From positions 156,005 to 220,004 of the forward strand of contig CAVTHJ010000003.1 in the NCBI GenBank assembly GCA_963734585.1: DNA of 64,000 nt. Reading direction: 5' to 3'. Numbering within the stretch: position 1 is the first letter of the stretch; every line of letters starts with the position of its first letter. This document shows, piece by piece, positions 55,250 to 64,000 of the stretch. This DNA is from an uncultured beta proteobacterium (GTDB lineage Bacteria; Pseudomonadota; Gammaproteobacteria; Burkholderiales; Gallionellaceae). The position numbers and the translations under genes were made by a program. The notes beneath the pieces were generated by a model. The model was given only the letters and a program-made list of their open reading frames with translations. It had not been told where the DNA came from and did no database searches.

Positions 55250-56545
55250 ATGGACATCTTCGATTTTTCCATCTATCTCATTCCTTTCATCGTCGTCATT
55301 TATATCTACTTGAGCGGCAGCAAGAGGAAAGAGAAGGCGGCTCGCGAAACGCTGAACGAATCCATCGAGGCCGGACTGACCGAGCCCTCGTCCCTGCACC
55401 CCGAAATCAACCCCAACCTCTGCCTCGGTTCGGGCAGCTGCATCACCGCCTGCCCGGAGCATGCTATCGGCATGATCAAAGGCAAGGCAGTGCTGATCAA
55501 CCCGACCCATTGCATCGGCCACGGTGCGTGTGCCGCGGCTTGTCCGCATGACGCCATCACCCTGGTTTTCGGTACTGCGCGGCGCGGCATGGACATCCCG
55601 CAAGTCAGCCCTAACTTCGAGACTAACGTCCCCGGCATCTTCATCGCGGGCGAGCTTGGCGGCATGGGTCTGATCCGCAAGACGGCAAGTCAGGGCATGC
55701 AGGCAATCGAATCCATTGCAAAACTCAAGGGCGGCAACAACCCGTACGACGTGGTTATCGTCGGCGCAGGACCTGCCGGCCTCGCAGCCACATTGGGAGC
55801 GATGGAGCGCAAGTTGCGCCATGTCACCATCGAGCAGGAAGACGCGCTGGGCGGGTGCATATACCAATATCCGCGCAACAAGGTCGTCATGACTGCCCCG
55901 GTAAAATTGCCCATCGTCGGAAGTATGCATTTCAAGGAAGTCAGCAAGGAGAAACTGCTCGAGTTCTGGCACGGCATCATCACGAAAACCGGCATGAAGC
56001 TGAATTACAACGAGCGCATGGAAGCCATCACCAAGACCGACAAGGGCTTCATCGTCAAAACTAGCAAAGGCTCGTACGAGACCCGCGCCGTGCTTCTCGC
56101 CATCGGCCGACGTGGCACCCCGCGCAAATTGGGCGTACCCGGTGAAGATCTGCCCAAGGTGGTGTATCGCATGATCGACCCCGAGCAATACCGCAACCAG
56201 CATGTCGTGGTGGTAGGAGGCGGCGATAGCGCCTTGGAAGCAGCCATCGCCATCGCCGAACAACCCGGCACCACCGTCACCCTATCCTACCGTAGCGACG
56301 CGTTCGGGCGCGGCAAGCCAAAGAACCGCGACCGCCTGAAAGAGATGTCGGATAAAGGCAGGATAACCGTGCGCCTGAAATCGAATGTAAAGAAGGTCGA
56401 AAGCGACAAAATCACGATGGAACAGGAAGGCAAGGTATTCGAGATTCCCAACGATGCGATCATCGTGTGCGCGGGCGGCATCCTGCCCACTCCGTTCCTC
56501 AAAGAAATCGGTGTGATCGTCGAAACCAAGTTTGGCACGACTTAA
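55250..56545 (+). CDS. Membrane-anchored 2xFeS + FAD/NAD(P)H oxidoreductase (TrxR/FNR-like fold)
   Basis: N-terminal TM helix; CLGSGSCITACP and CIGHGACAAACP; ETNVPGIFIAGE; VGAGPAG; AIGRRG; VGGGDSA + SYR; no redox CxxC. Confidence 0.88.
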   Translation: MDIFDFSIYLIPFIVVIYIYLSGSKRKEKAARETLNESIEAGLTEPSSLHPEINPNLCLGSGSCITACPEHAIGMIKGKAVLINPTHCIGHGACAAACPHDAITLVFGTARRGMDIPQVSPNFETNVPGIFIAGELGGMGLIRKTASQGMQAIESIAKLKGGNNPYDVVIVGAGPAGLAATLGAMERKLRHVTIEQEDALGGCIYQYPRNKVVMTAPVKLPIVGSMHFKEVSKEKLLEFWHGIITKTGMKLNYNERMEAITKTDKGFIVKTSKGSYETRAVLLAIGRRGTPRKLGVPGEDLPKVVYRMIDPEQYRNQHVVVVGGGDSALEAAIAIAEQPGTTVTLSYRSDAFGRGKPKNRDRLKEMSDKGRITVRLKSNVKKVESDKITMEQEGKVFEIPNDAIIVCAGGILPTPFLKEIGVIVETKFGTT

Positions 56546-56558
56546 AGACAGCAAATCT

Positions 56559-56587
56559 GTGCGCAACACGTTTAGGGTGTTGCGCAC
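56559..56587. terminator. Hairpin between convergent genes
   Basis: GTGCGCAACAC-GTTTAGG-GTGTTGCGCAC perfect 11-bp stem. Confidence 0.65.
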
Positions 56588-56589
56588 CT

Positions 56590-57009
56590 CTAGTAGCAGT
56601 GATTTCCTTCTGCCTTCCAGCTTTGGATGCGGTTCTGGAGCGAAATGGTGAAATCCAGCTTGCAGTAATAAGTCCTGGAACTAACCGGGAAACTGCGCTC
56701 CTTTTCCCCATAGATCCAGATACCCCCGGCACCATTCTGGTTTGGAACATAGGTTGAAACCGGAACCGGGTACGATCCCCCGCCGGATACTATCGTTTCC
56801 GAACTAAAATACTCGACGATTCTGCTCCCGTCCGTAAGCTTGGCCTCCCCGGTCGGCACACCCTTTCCACGAACCAACTCGTCGTATGTCTTACCAATGA
56901 ATTGATCATTCATTGCTTCATATTTTGCTTGCAGCTCTTTAATCCGCTGCGTCCCACAACCGGAAAAAGCAAAAGCCAAGATCGCGCATAAGCCAATAAT
57001 TTTCTTCAT
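56590..57009 (-). CDS. Hypothetical lipoprotein
   Basis: MKKIIGLCAILAFAFSG|C lipobox; RBS GGAGG; lower GC. Confidence 0.75.
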   Translation of the reverse strand: MKKIIGLCAILAFAFSGCGTQRIKELQAKYEAMNDQFIGKTYDELVRGKGVPTGEAKLTDGSRIVEYFSSETIVSGGGSYPVPVSTYVPNQNGAGGIWIYGEKERSFPVSSRTYYCKLDFTISLQNRIQSWKAEGNHCY

Positions 57010-57150
57010 CTCAAACCTCCTGAAACAGTGCATGAAATACCGGGAATATGCTTTCTTGAATAACTGGTGAGAACCATACCTCCAGCATTGGGACAATTGC
57101 AATAGACATGCAGGAAGACAGCTATTTACATGACGCACACGATGGGCGTT

Positions 57151-57177
57151 AAAAAAGCCTGCATCGCAGCAGGCTTT
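57151..57177 (-). terminator. Terminator of the tRNA operon
   Basis: Minus strand AAAGCCTGC-TGCGAT-GCAGGCTTTTTT. Confidence 0.8.
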
Positions 57178-57184
57178 ATGTAGT

Positions 57185-57261
57185 TGGCGGAGTGGACGGG
57201 ACTCGAACCCGCGACCCCCGGCGTGACAGGCCGGTATTCTAACCAACTGAACTACCACTCC
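57185..57261 (-). tRNA. tRNA-Asp(GTC)
   Basis: GGAGTGGTAGTTCAGTTGGTTAGAATACCGGCCT-GTC-ACGCCGG...GTTCGAGTCCC...CCA; 77 nt. Confidence 0.97.
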
Positions 57262-57338
57262 AAAACCATTCCCGTCGACACGGGAACAGTCTGTCCTGAC
57301 ATTAAAAAAGCCCGCATCGCTGCGAGCCTAATAGTCAT

Positions 57339-57414
57339 TGGTGCCGCTTGTCGGATTCGAACTGACGACCTACCGCTTACAAGGCGGTTGCTCTACCAAC
57401 TGAGCTAAAGCGGC
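57339..57414 (-). tRNA. tRNA-Thr(TGT)
   Basis: GCCGCTTTAGCTCAGTTGGTAGAGCAACCGCCT-TGT-AAGCGGT...GTTCGAATCC...CCA; 76 nt. Confidence 0.96.
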
Positions 57415-57423
57415 ATTTGAAAC

Positions 57424-57499
57424 TGGTGGGTCGGGCGAGATTCGAACTCGCGACCAACGGATTAAAAGTCCGCTGCTCTACCGACTGAGCTACCGACCC
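57424..57499 (-). tRNA. tRNA-Lys(TTT)
   Basis: GGGTCGGTAGCTCAGTCGGTAGAGCAGCGGACT-TTT-AATCCGT...GTTCGAATC...CCA; 76 nt. Confidence 0.97.
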
Positions 57500-57517
57500 G
57501 TCCTAAAAGGAGCGCGC

Positions 57518-57545
57518 ATTATACGGGTTTGACTTTTACTGTCAA
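57518..57545 (-). promoter_or_regulatory. Consensus sigma70 stable-RNA promoter
   Basis: TTGACA-N16-TATAAT with GC-rich discriminator GCGCGC. Confidence 0.9.
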
Positions 57546-57565
57546 ACAAACGAACGAACAACGGG

Positions 57566-58240
57566 CTACAGGCTACGATAGCGCGTGGAATCTGGCACAC
57601 CGGCAGATTGAAATCCTTCGCGGCGCAAACGGCAGGAATCGCAGCGGCCGCAGGCGCGGCCGGACTCGTCGGCTTGGTAACAAGAGACGGTGAGCGCATA
57701 GTCCACACCCAGACCAACACCTTGCCGAATGATCTCTGCCTTGGATAAATGCAATAGTGGAGCATGCAAGGTGAGCGGTTGGCCCTCAACTGCCGCCTTG
57801 GTCGCCAGGTTCGCCATGCGCTCGAACGCAGCCACGTATTCAGGACGGCAATCGGGATAACCGGAATAATCCACCGCATTCACGCCGAAGAAGATGTCCT
57901 GCGCCTTGAGCACTTCGGCCCATGCCAAGGCCAGCGACAGCATGATCGTGTTGCGTGCGGGAACGTAGGTAAGCGGGATGCCGCTGCTTGCATGTTCCGG
58001 CACGGCGATCTTGGCATCGGTCAGCGCTGAACCGCCGAACCCGGTCAGGTCGATATTCACCACGCGGTGTTCCCGTGCGCCAAGTGTTTGCGCCACTTGC
58101 TGCGCCGCGGCAAGTTCAGCGTGATGACGCTGCCCGTAATCCACGCTCAAGGCATAACACTCGAATCCTTGGGCTCGCGCCATCGCCAGTACAGTGGCCG
58201 AATCCAGGCCACCCGACAGCAATACCACCGCTCGTTTCAT
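57566..58240 (-). CDS. queC: 7-cyano-7-deazaguanine synthase
   Basis: [31 protein letters not shown]...CGRCDSC. Confidence 0.96.
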   Translation of the reverse strand: MKRAVVLLSGGLDSATVLAMARAQGFECYALSVDYGQRHHAELAAAQQVAQTLGAREHRVVNIDLTGFGGSALTDAKIAVPEHASSGIPLTYVPARNTIMLSLALAWAEVLKAQDIFFGVNAVDYSGYPDCRPEYVAAFERMANLATKAAVEGQPLTLHAPLLHLSKAEIIRQGVGLGVDYALTVSCYQADESGRACGRCDSCRLRREGFQSAGVPDSTRYRSL

Positions 58241-58242
58241 GC

Positions 58243-58896
58243 TCAACGCCCCACCTCGTTACCCCACAACAGCTTATGCAACTGCACCTGCAAGCGAACC
58301 GGCAAATGGTCGCGCAAGATCCACTCAGCCACATCCCTGGGTGCGAGTTGTCCTTGTGCCGGGGAGAACAGCACCGCACAACGCTGTGCCAACTTATGCT
58401 CGAATATCACTTGCTTCGCGAATTGATAATCCGCTTCGTCGCACAGCACGAATTTGATCTCGTCATGCGGATGCAGATGTTCCAGATTGCTCCACAGGTT
58501 TTTTTCCATTTCGCCGGAGGCGGGTGTCTTGATGTCCAGCACTTTCACCACCCGTGCATCCACGCCGCTCACATCGAGTGCCCCGCCAGTCTCCAGCGAA
58601 ACCGCATAACCCGCATCGCACAAGGCACGCAGCAACGACAGGCAATTCCTTTGCGCCAAGGGTTCGCCGCCGGTGACGGTGACATAGTGCGCGCCGTGGC
58701 GCGCCACTTCCGCCATGATCGCGTCCAGCGTCATGGTCTGTCCGCCACTGAAGGCATAGGTCGTATCGCAATAGGTACAACGCAACGGGCAACCGGTCAG
58801 GCGCACGAACACGGTCGGCAAGCCGACGCGGCTGGTTTCACCTTGCAGGGAAAAGAATATCTCGCTGATACGCAACGAGTCGTTCACGGAGGTCAT
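58243..58896 (-). CDS. queE: 7-carboxy-7-deazaguanine synthase (radical SAM)
   Basis: [34 protein letters not shown]. Confidence 0.95.
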   Translation of the reverse strand: MTSVNDSLRISEIFFSLQGETSRVGLPTVFVRLTGCPLRCTYCDTTYAFSGGQTMTLDAIMAEVARHGAHYVTVTGGEPLAQRNCLSLLRALCDAGYAVSLETGGALDVSGVDARVVKVLDIKTPASGEMEKNLWSNLEHLHPHDEIKFVLCDEADYQFAKQVIFEHKLAQRCAVLFSPAQGQLAPRDVAEWILRDHLPVRLQVQLHKLLWGNEVGR

Positions 58897-58909
58897 ACGC
58901 ACAACCTGC

Positions 58910-59674
58910 TTACTTGATGGTGGCAAGGCGCTTCTTCGCCTTCTCCGATGCGTCGCTTCCCGGGAACTGGGAGATGAGTTGTTTCAAGGTCTTCTTTGCT
59001 GCTGTCTTGCTCTTCATTTCCAGCTGACACTCTGCGAGGTTGAGCATCGATTCCGGAACACGCGGATGATCCTGGTATTTGTCGATCAGCGCCTGATAAC
59101 TGCCCGCACTGTTCTTGCAATCCTTCAGCAGGAAATATGCATTGCCCATCCAGTAAAGGACATTCGCCTCATGTACCGACTGCGGATAGCTCTTCAGAAA
59201 AGTACGGAACGCCGTGACAGCGTTCTGATAGTTCTCTGCCTTGTACAGGTTATAGGCTGCCTCGAAAGCGCGATTCTCTCCGGCCGGGTCTGCCGGCACA
59301 TCCTTGGTACTGTCGGCGCGCTCAGGTGCCGAGGCGGAAACATCGCCGCCCTCAACACGCCGCAAACGCGTATCCAGATCGATATAGAAATCCTTCTGGC
59401 GTTTCTCGGCATCTTGCAGATTGTGCACCAGCTCTTCATTCTGGCCGCGCAACTTGCGCAACTCGGTATTCAACGCTTCCTGTTGCATCTGCAGATCGAG
59501 CGTGGAGCGTATGTACTGCTCCTTGTCCGCTTCCGACGAAGACAACGCACTTTCCAATTTGACGATGCGCGCTTCCAGTTGCTGCACCTGCTTGCGTGCC
59601 TCATCGTCCGCGAACAGCCCCGCCGTAGCGTGACTGCTCGCAACAATCAAACAGAACAATAACCAGAAGCGCAT
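58910..59674 (-). CDS. cpoB: Tol-Pal protein CpoB/YbgF
   Basis: Signal peptide, coiled coil LRKLRGQNEEL, C-terminal TPRs; downstream of pal. Confidence 0.92.
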   Translation of the reverse strand: MRFWLLFCLIVASSHATAGLFADDEARKQVQQLEARIVKLESALSSSEADKEQYIRSTLDLQMQQEALNTELRKLRGQNEELVHNLQDAEKRQKDFYIDLDTRLRRVEGGDVSASAPERADSTKDVPADPAGENRAFEAAYNLYKAENYQNAVTAFRTFLKSYPQSVHEANVLYWMGNAYFLLKDCKNSAGSYQALIDKYQDHPRVPESMLNLAECQLEMKSKTAAKKTLKQLISQFPGSDASEKAKKRLATIK

Positions 59675-59686
59675 CGGGCAGGCGGT

Positions 59687-60241
59687 TTACTTGGAGGTGT
59701 AAACGATGTCGGCGCGACGATTCTGTGCCCAGCACGACTCATCATGCTGAGCGCAGCGCGGCTTCTCTTCGCCGAAGCTCACCGTCTCGATCTGCGAGGA
59801 CTTGGCGCCGGACAGGATCAACAGCTTTTTCACGTTGTTGGCACGACGCTGACCCAGGGCCAGGTTGTACTCGCTGCTGCCACGCTCATCCGCATTGCCT
59901 TCAACGCGCACTTTGGCAGCCTTGTTCTTACCCAGGAATGCACCGTGCGCCTGAACTGCAGCGCGGTCATCTGCTTGCACCGCATCCACGTCGAACGGGA
60001 AATACACGCTGCGTGTGTCAGGAACGGCAGCGGCTTCAGCGGCAACTGGTGCAGCGGGCGCAGCCGCCTCGGCAGCGACAGGTGCTGTGGAAGTCGACGC
60101 GGTATCTGCAGTGGCAGTTGCGGGGGCGGCAGCTTCAGCGGCAGCCGGCGTCGGCTCTGCAACCTCGTCCTTCGGTTTGTTGCTTGCGCAGGCGGCCAGC
60201 AGATTGACCAAAACGATACTCAGGATAATTTTCTTCTTCAT
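59687..60241 (-). CDS. pal: Peptidoglycan-associated lipoprotein Pal
   Basis: Lipobox LAAC; EGNADERGSSEYNLALGQRRA; SFGEEKP; NRRAD. Confidence 0.96.
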   Translation of the reverse strand: MKKKIILSIVLVNLLAACASNKPKDEVAEPTPAAAEAAAPATATADTASTSTAPVAAEAAAPAAPVAAEAAAVPDTRSVYFPFDVDAVQADDRAAVQAHGAFLGKNKAAKVRVEGNADERGSSEYNLALGQRRANNVKKLLILSGAKSSQIETVSFGEEKPRCAQHDESCWAQNRRADIVYTSK

Positions 60242-60255
60242 AGTGATCTCCATTT

Positions 60256-61515
60256 TTATTGTTTCAGAAAAGGTCCCCAGACCGGCTCGCGAATATCGCC
60301 GCGCTGGGCGACCATCTTTTGTTTCACTCTGCCATCGCTAGATACGGTCGCCAATATACCACGACCTTGCGACTCGGTTGCGAACAAGACCAGTTTGCCG
60401 TTGGGGGCAAAACTGGGTTTTTTCTCCCAGCCGCCGGTGGTCAATATCTGCATCTGCTTGAGCTCGAAATCCTGCACTGCGATGTAGAACACACCCGCGT
60501 TGAAATGGGAAAAAACAAAACTCTTGCCATCCGGACTAAAGCGCGGCGAAAAATTATTACCCCCCTCAAAAGTCAGCCGCTCGGCACTACCGCCTTCCAC
60601 CGAGACACGATAGATCTGTGCGCTGCCACCACGGTCCGAGGTGAACAGCAACCACTTGCCGTCCGGCGAAAAGACCGGTTCCGTGTCGATCGTTTCGCTA
60701 AAAGTGATGCGGCGCAGATCGCTGCCATCCGCCCGCACCAGGTAGAGTTGCGAACTTTCATCCCGCGTCAGCACGAGTGCCAGCTGCTTGCCGTCCGGTG
60801 ACCACGCCGGCGCACTGTTGCTCCCCGAGAACGCCGCCAGCACGCTGCGCTTCTGCGTCGCCAGCGTTTGCACATAGACCACCGCATGGCCTTGCTCGAA
60901 GCTGACATAGGCGAGTTGTTTGCCGTCCGGCGACCACGCCGGCGACAAAATGGGTTCATTCAACGCCAGCAGGCTCTGCTCGCCGTAGCCGTCGCTGTCC
61001 GCCACGACCAGCCGGTAATGCTTTCCTTCGCGGTTGACGTAGGCGATCCGCGTACTGAACACCCCCGCACTGCCCGTCAATTTCTCATACACCAGATCGG
61101 CGATGCGGTGGCCGATGGCGCGTACCTGTTCGCTCTTGGCGGTCACCGCCAAACCGATCAACTCGGTATGCCGCACGGCATCCAGCAAGCGGAACCTCAC
61201 TTCCGCACGATCTCCATCCAGCATGCGCACGCTGCCGATGATGATGGCTTCCACGCCGGGCCACTCGGCATACTTCACTTCGCTCGGCTCATGCGGCGCT
61301 TTGCCGGCAGGATCGACCAGCTTGAACAAGCCCGTGCGCAGCAGGTCGTTGGACACCACCGTGCTGATCGGTTGCCCGGTCATCCGTTCTTCGCCGGCGA
61401 AGCGCACCAGCGAGACCGGGATCTGATGTTCGCCAGCCCCCGTGATCTCGATAGTCAATTCGGCATGCGCCGCACATGCCGCACACCACAAAACAATGAA
61501 GCCCAATATACGCAT
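60256..61515 (-). CDS. tolB: TolB
   Basis: HRIADLVYEKLTG..GVFSTRIAYV; PD40 repeats SPAWSPDG. Confidence 0.96.
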   Translation of the reverse strand: MRILGFIVLWCAACAAHAELTIEITGAGEHQIPVSLVRFAGEERMTGQPISTVVSNDLLRTGLFKLVDPAGKAPHEPSEVKYAEWPGVEAIIIGSVRMLDGDRAEVRFRLLDAVRHTELIGLAVTAKSEQVRAIGHRIADLVYEKLTGSAGVFSTRIAYVNREGKHYRLVVADSDGYGEQSLLALNEPILSPAWSPDGKQLAYVSFEQGHAVVYVQTLATQKRSVLAAFSGSNSAPAWSPDGKQLALVLTRDESSQLYLVRADGSDLRRITFSETIDTEPVFSPDGKWLLFTSDRGGSAQIYRVSVEGGSAERLTFEGGNNFSPRFSPDGKSFVFSHFNAGVFYIAVQDFELKQMQILTTGGWEKKPSFAPNGKLVLFATESQGRGILATVSSDGRVKQKMVAQRGDIREPVWGPFLKQ

Positions 61516-61528
61516 TTACACCCTCTCT

Positions 61529-62269
61529 TTACGGCCTGATCGACAATTTCAACTCGCGAAATAATTTCTGCAGCGTCACTTCGGTCGGCACCGGCAGCGG
61601 CTCCGCCAAGTGGATGGCGCGCTCCGCCGCTTCGTCGTACGCGGGGTATCCGCTGCTCTTCACCAACACGGGGTCATCCATCAGCATGCCGTCCGGCAGC
61701 AAGGTCACTTTGAAGATCGCCTCGGCATTTTCCGGCACGTCCGCCACCATTTTCATTTTGCGCCGTATCTTGTTGCGTATCAGATCCTGATAGCGCTCGA
61801 TCTGCACCTTCGTCGCCGCGCTCACCTCGGCACGAACCCGTTCATGCTCCTGTTCGGTTTTTCTGAGCCGCTCCGAATATGCCTCCAACTCTCGCCGCTC
61901 GGCCGCCAGCCTGGCCTTGGCGGCGGCTTTCTCTTTCGCTTCGTTCTTGTTGGACGGCTTTTCTTTCAGCGGAACCTTCTTGCTTTTCTTGTCGCGCACC
62001 TCGATATCAGCCTTCACCGGCGGCAACACCGGTGCCACGACCTTGGGTGCAGGTTTCGGCTCCGCCTTGGCGGGCGGCATCGGCGCCTGCTCCGGCACGA
62101 CCTCCGCATTCGGCAGGTTGTCCCACATCTCCACCATGAATTCATCCGGCGGTTGCGATTGCCAGCGGAAGCCGAAATACAGCACGCTGAAGAAAACCAG
62201 GTGCACCGCCAGCGCCAGCGCGCCGGCTGAGAGGCGGTAAGGCTCCCGATATGCCAGTGCAGTACTCAT
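61529..62269 (-). CDS. tolA: TolA (short form)
   Basis: TM with LAVH, Pro/Lys-rich linker, C-terminal SSGYPAYDEAAERAI; lies between tolR and tolB. Confidence 0.88.
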   Translation of the reverse strand: MSTALAYREPYRLSAGALALAVHLVFFSVLYFGFRWQSQPPDEFMVEMWDNLPNAEVVPEQAPMPPAKAEPKPAPKVVAPVLPPVKADIEVRDKKSKKVPLKEKPSNKNEAKEKAAAKARLAAERRELEAYSERLRKTEQEHERVRAEVSAATKVQIERYQDLIRNKIRRKMKMVADVPENAEAIFKVTLLPDGMLMDDPVLVKSSGYPAYDEAAERAIHLAEPLPVPTEVTLQKLFRELKLSIRP

Positions 62270-62682
62270 CGAGTCTTTGCGAGCAGCCCGATCTTTTTGA
62301 TGTGCTGCTGTTGCAACATGTCCATGATGTTGACCACCTCCTCATAGCGCACGTTCTTGTCGGCAGAGATCACCACCGGTTGTTCGGGATTCTTCGCCAG
62401 GCTTTGCTGCAAACGGCTCACCAGTTCATCGTGCGACACCGGCGATTCCTGTCCGCCCTTGCCGTGGTCGCGCAAGGCCAGCGTGGTGTCTTTCTTGATG
62501 ATGATCTCCAGCGGTGCGACGGGCGGCGCGAGCGACTTGCCCACACTGGGCAGATCGATCTGCCCCGGATTCATCAGCGGCGCAGTGATCATGAAGATGA
62601 CCAGCAGCACCAGCATCACGTCGATGTAAGGCACGACGTTGATCTGGCTCATCGGACGATGTTCGCTGCGGCGGCGCTGCAT
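62266..62682 (-). CDS. tolR: TolR
   Basis: INVVPYIDVMLVLLVIFMITAP; ISADKNVRY. Confidence 0.94.
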   Translation of the reverse strand: MQRRRSEHRPMSQINVVPYIDVMLVLLVIFMITAPLMNPGQIDLPSVGKSLAPPVAPLEIIIKKDTTLALRDHGKGGQESPVSHDELVSRLQQSLAKNPEQPVVISADKNVRYEEVVNIMDMLQQQHIKKIGLLAKTR

Positions 62683-63363
62683 TTAGGGCTGCCGTTGCAG
62701 TACGTTGGAGAATTCTTCGATGAAGCTCTCGAAGCGCGAGGACAGACGGGTGACGTCGTGCACATAACGGTTGTAGGCCACCACTGCTGGGATCGCCGCA
62801 AACAAGCCCATCGCCGTCGCCACCAATGCCTCGGCGATACCGGGCGCGACATGCGCCAGCGTCGCTTGTCCCACGTTGGATAGCCCGCGGAACGCGTTCA
62901 TGATGCCCCACACTGTGCCGAACAGGCCGACGTATGGGCTGACCGATCCGACTGTCGCCAGAAAGGACAGGTGTGATTCGAGGTGGTCCACCTCGCGCTG
63001 GAAGCAGGCGCGCATCGCCCGCCGCGTGCCCTCCATCACCGCCGCGCTGTCCACACCGTGCGTCTTTCTCAGTTTGACGAACTCGGCGAATCCGGCCGCG
63101 AAGATGCGTTCCTGCGCACCAATATTGGCCCGCCGCGCTTTGCTGCTCGCTTGTTGATAGAGCGCATTCAAATTCGAGTTACCCCAGAAAGCCTCCTCGA
63201 ATTCGCGTGATTGATGCACCGCCGCACGCACCGCGAACATCTTGAGAAAGATGTACCACCACGACATCAGCGACACCAAGAGCAACAACCCCATCACCAA
63301 CTGCACCAGCAGGCTGGCGTTGGTGACCAGTTGAAAGAACGACAAATCCCCAATCAATTCCAT
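62683..63363 (-). CDS. tolQ: TolQ
   Basis: FLATVGSVSPYVGLFGTVWGIMNAF; VAPGIAEALVATAMGLFAAIPAV. Confidence 0.96.
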   Translation of the reverse strand: MELIGDLSFFQLVTNASLLVQLVMGLLLLVSLMSWWYIFLKMFAVRAAVHQSREFEEAFWGNSNLNALYQQASSKARRANIGAQERIFAAGFAEFVKLRKTHGVDSAAVMEGTRRAMRACFQREVDHLESHLSFLATVGSVSPYVGLFGTVWGIMNAFRGLSNVGQATLAHVAPGIAEALVATAMGLFAAIPAVVAYNRYVHDVTRLSSRFESFIEEFSNVLQRQP

Positions 63364-63364
63364 G

Positions 63365-63772
63365 TCATACCTTCCATTGACTCCGCAATACATCCGGCAC
63401 ACTGACCGGTTTGAAGGTCTTCACATCCACACACACCAGATGCACCTCGCCCTCAGTCAGCAACTCTTCACCGCGCAGCACTTCCTGCAACAACGTGACT
63501 CGACTGCGCCCGACCTCTTTGATCTGTGACGTGATTACCAGCATATCGTCCAGCAACGCCGGTTTCAGATAATCCAGCTTTATCGAGCGCACCACGAACA
63601 TCACCCCCAACTCCATCATCAGAGCCGCATTGCTATAACCATGGGTACGCAGCCACTCTGTCCGCGAGCGCTCCATGAAGTTCACATAACTGGCGTGATA
63701 GACGACACCGCCCGCATCCGTATCCTGGAAATATACCCGGACCGGCCAGGAGAAAACTTTATGCTTACTCAT
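63365..63772 (-). CDS. ybgC: Tol-Pal-associated acyl-CoA thioesterase YbgC
   Basis: [26 protein letters not shown]. Confidence 0.93.
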   Translation of the reverse strand: MSKHKVFSWPVRVYFQDTDAGGVVYHASYVNFMERSRTEWLRTHGYSNAALMMELGVMFVVRSIKLDYLKPALLDDMLVITSQIKEVGRSRVTLLQEVLRGEELLTEGEVHLVCVDVKTFKPVSVPDVLRSQWKV

Positions 63773-64000
63773 CCCACAACTCCTTGTTGTTGCTCGCACT
63801 GCGCGGCTGCGCCAGCCCGAAATGCTGATACGCGTTCGCCGTCGCCATGCGGCCGCGCGGCGTGCGCTGCAGGTAGCCCTGCTGGATGAGATACGGTTCC
63901 AGCACATCCTCGATGGTGTCGCGCTCTTCGCCAATGGCGGCGGCGAGGTTGTCCACGCCGACCGGTCCGCCGAGGAATTTCTCGATGACGGTCTGCAACA
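63765..64000 (-). CDS. ruvB: Holliday junction helicase RuvB (C-terminal part)
   Basis: [41 protein letters not shown]. Confidence 0.96.
   Translation of the reverse strand, partial: LQTVIEKFLGGPVGVDNLAAAIGEERDTIEDVLEPYLIQQGYLQRTPRGRMATANAYQHFGLAQPRSASNNKELWDE

Noticed and set aside
56590-57258. 222-aa ORF as called in the track
   Set aside because: Its 5' part reads through tRNA-Asp; the real gene most likely starts at 57009 with an RBS and lipobox.
48580-57261. tRNA-Asp-anchored genomic island carrying the cytochrome cluster
   Set aside because: No integrase, and I found no duplicated tRNA 3' end near sucC.
57185-58896. queC/queE next to tRNA-Asp(GUC) as a dedicated or DNA-modifying (dpd) system
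   Set aside because: tol-pal-queE-queC-tRNA is ordinary housekeeping order, and there is no dpdA/tgt paralog here.

Overview
A GC-rich betaproteobacterial chromosome segment. The gene content suggests Gallionellaceae/Sideroxydans-like microaerophilic Fe-oxidisers, but that taxon is my inference. From left to right it holds: (i) 1-30.3 kb, a flagellar/chemotaxis supercluster (flgE-A, flgMN, motCD, fliA, flhG/F/A/B, cheB/R/A/Z/Y, two cheV, four chemoreceptors, motAB, flhDC) with readable sigma28 and FlhDC-type promoters. It carries many single-base frameshifts below ~25 kb, probably read errors, and is interrupted at 4.2-5.5 kb by a low-GC two-gene islet with integron attC sites but no integrase. 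(ii) 30.5-45.2 kb, tfpZ plus tandem pilA genes directly downstream of an 8-gene signalling run: CHASE2-Ser/Thr kinase, PP2C, FHA-FHA, CHASE2-adenylate cyclase, cNMP phosphodiesterase, cNMP-cNMP-rhodanese, GAF-PilB ATPase and GAF-HD-GYP. (iii) usp, terC-like, sucDC. (iv) 48.6-56.5 kb, a PCC3-like porin-cytochrome conduit (TPR/beta-barrel protein, 15-heme and 24-heme cytochromes c, di-heme-b-like inner-membrane protein) with a divergent membrane-anchored FeS/FAD/NADPH oxidoreductase that appears circularly permuted. (v) tRNA-Asp/Thr/Lys, queC, queE, cpoB, pal, tolB/A/R/Q, ybgC and partial ruvB. The strongest candidates for an under-described system are the outside-to-NADP(H) electron wire, the cAMP/phospho-Thr circuit wired to a GAF-PilB pilus motor, and three heme-c chemoreceptors, one of them an Aer-PAS + heme-c hybrid. 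All assignments are by eye from motifs; no searches were run.
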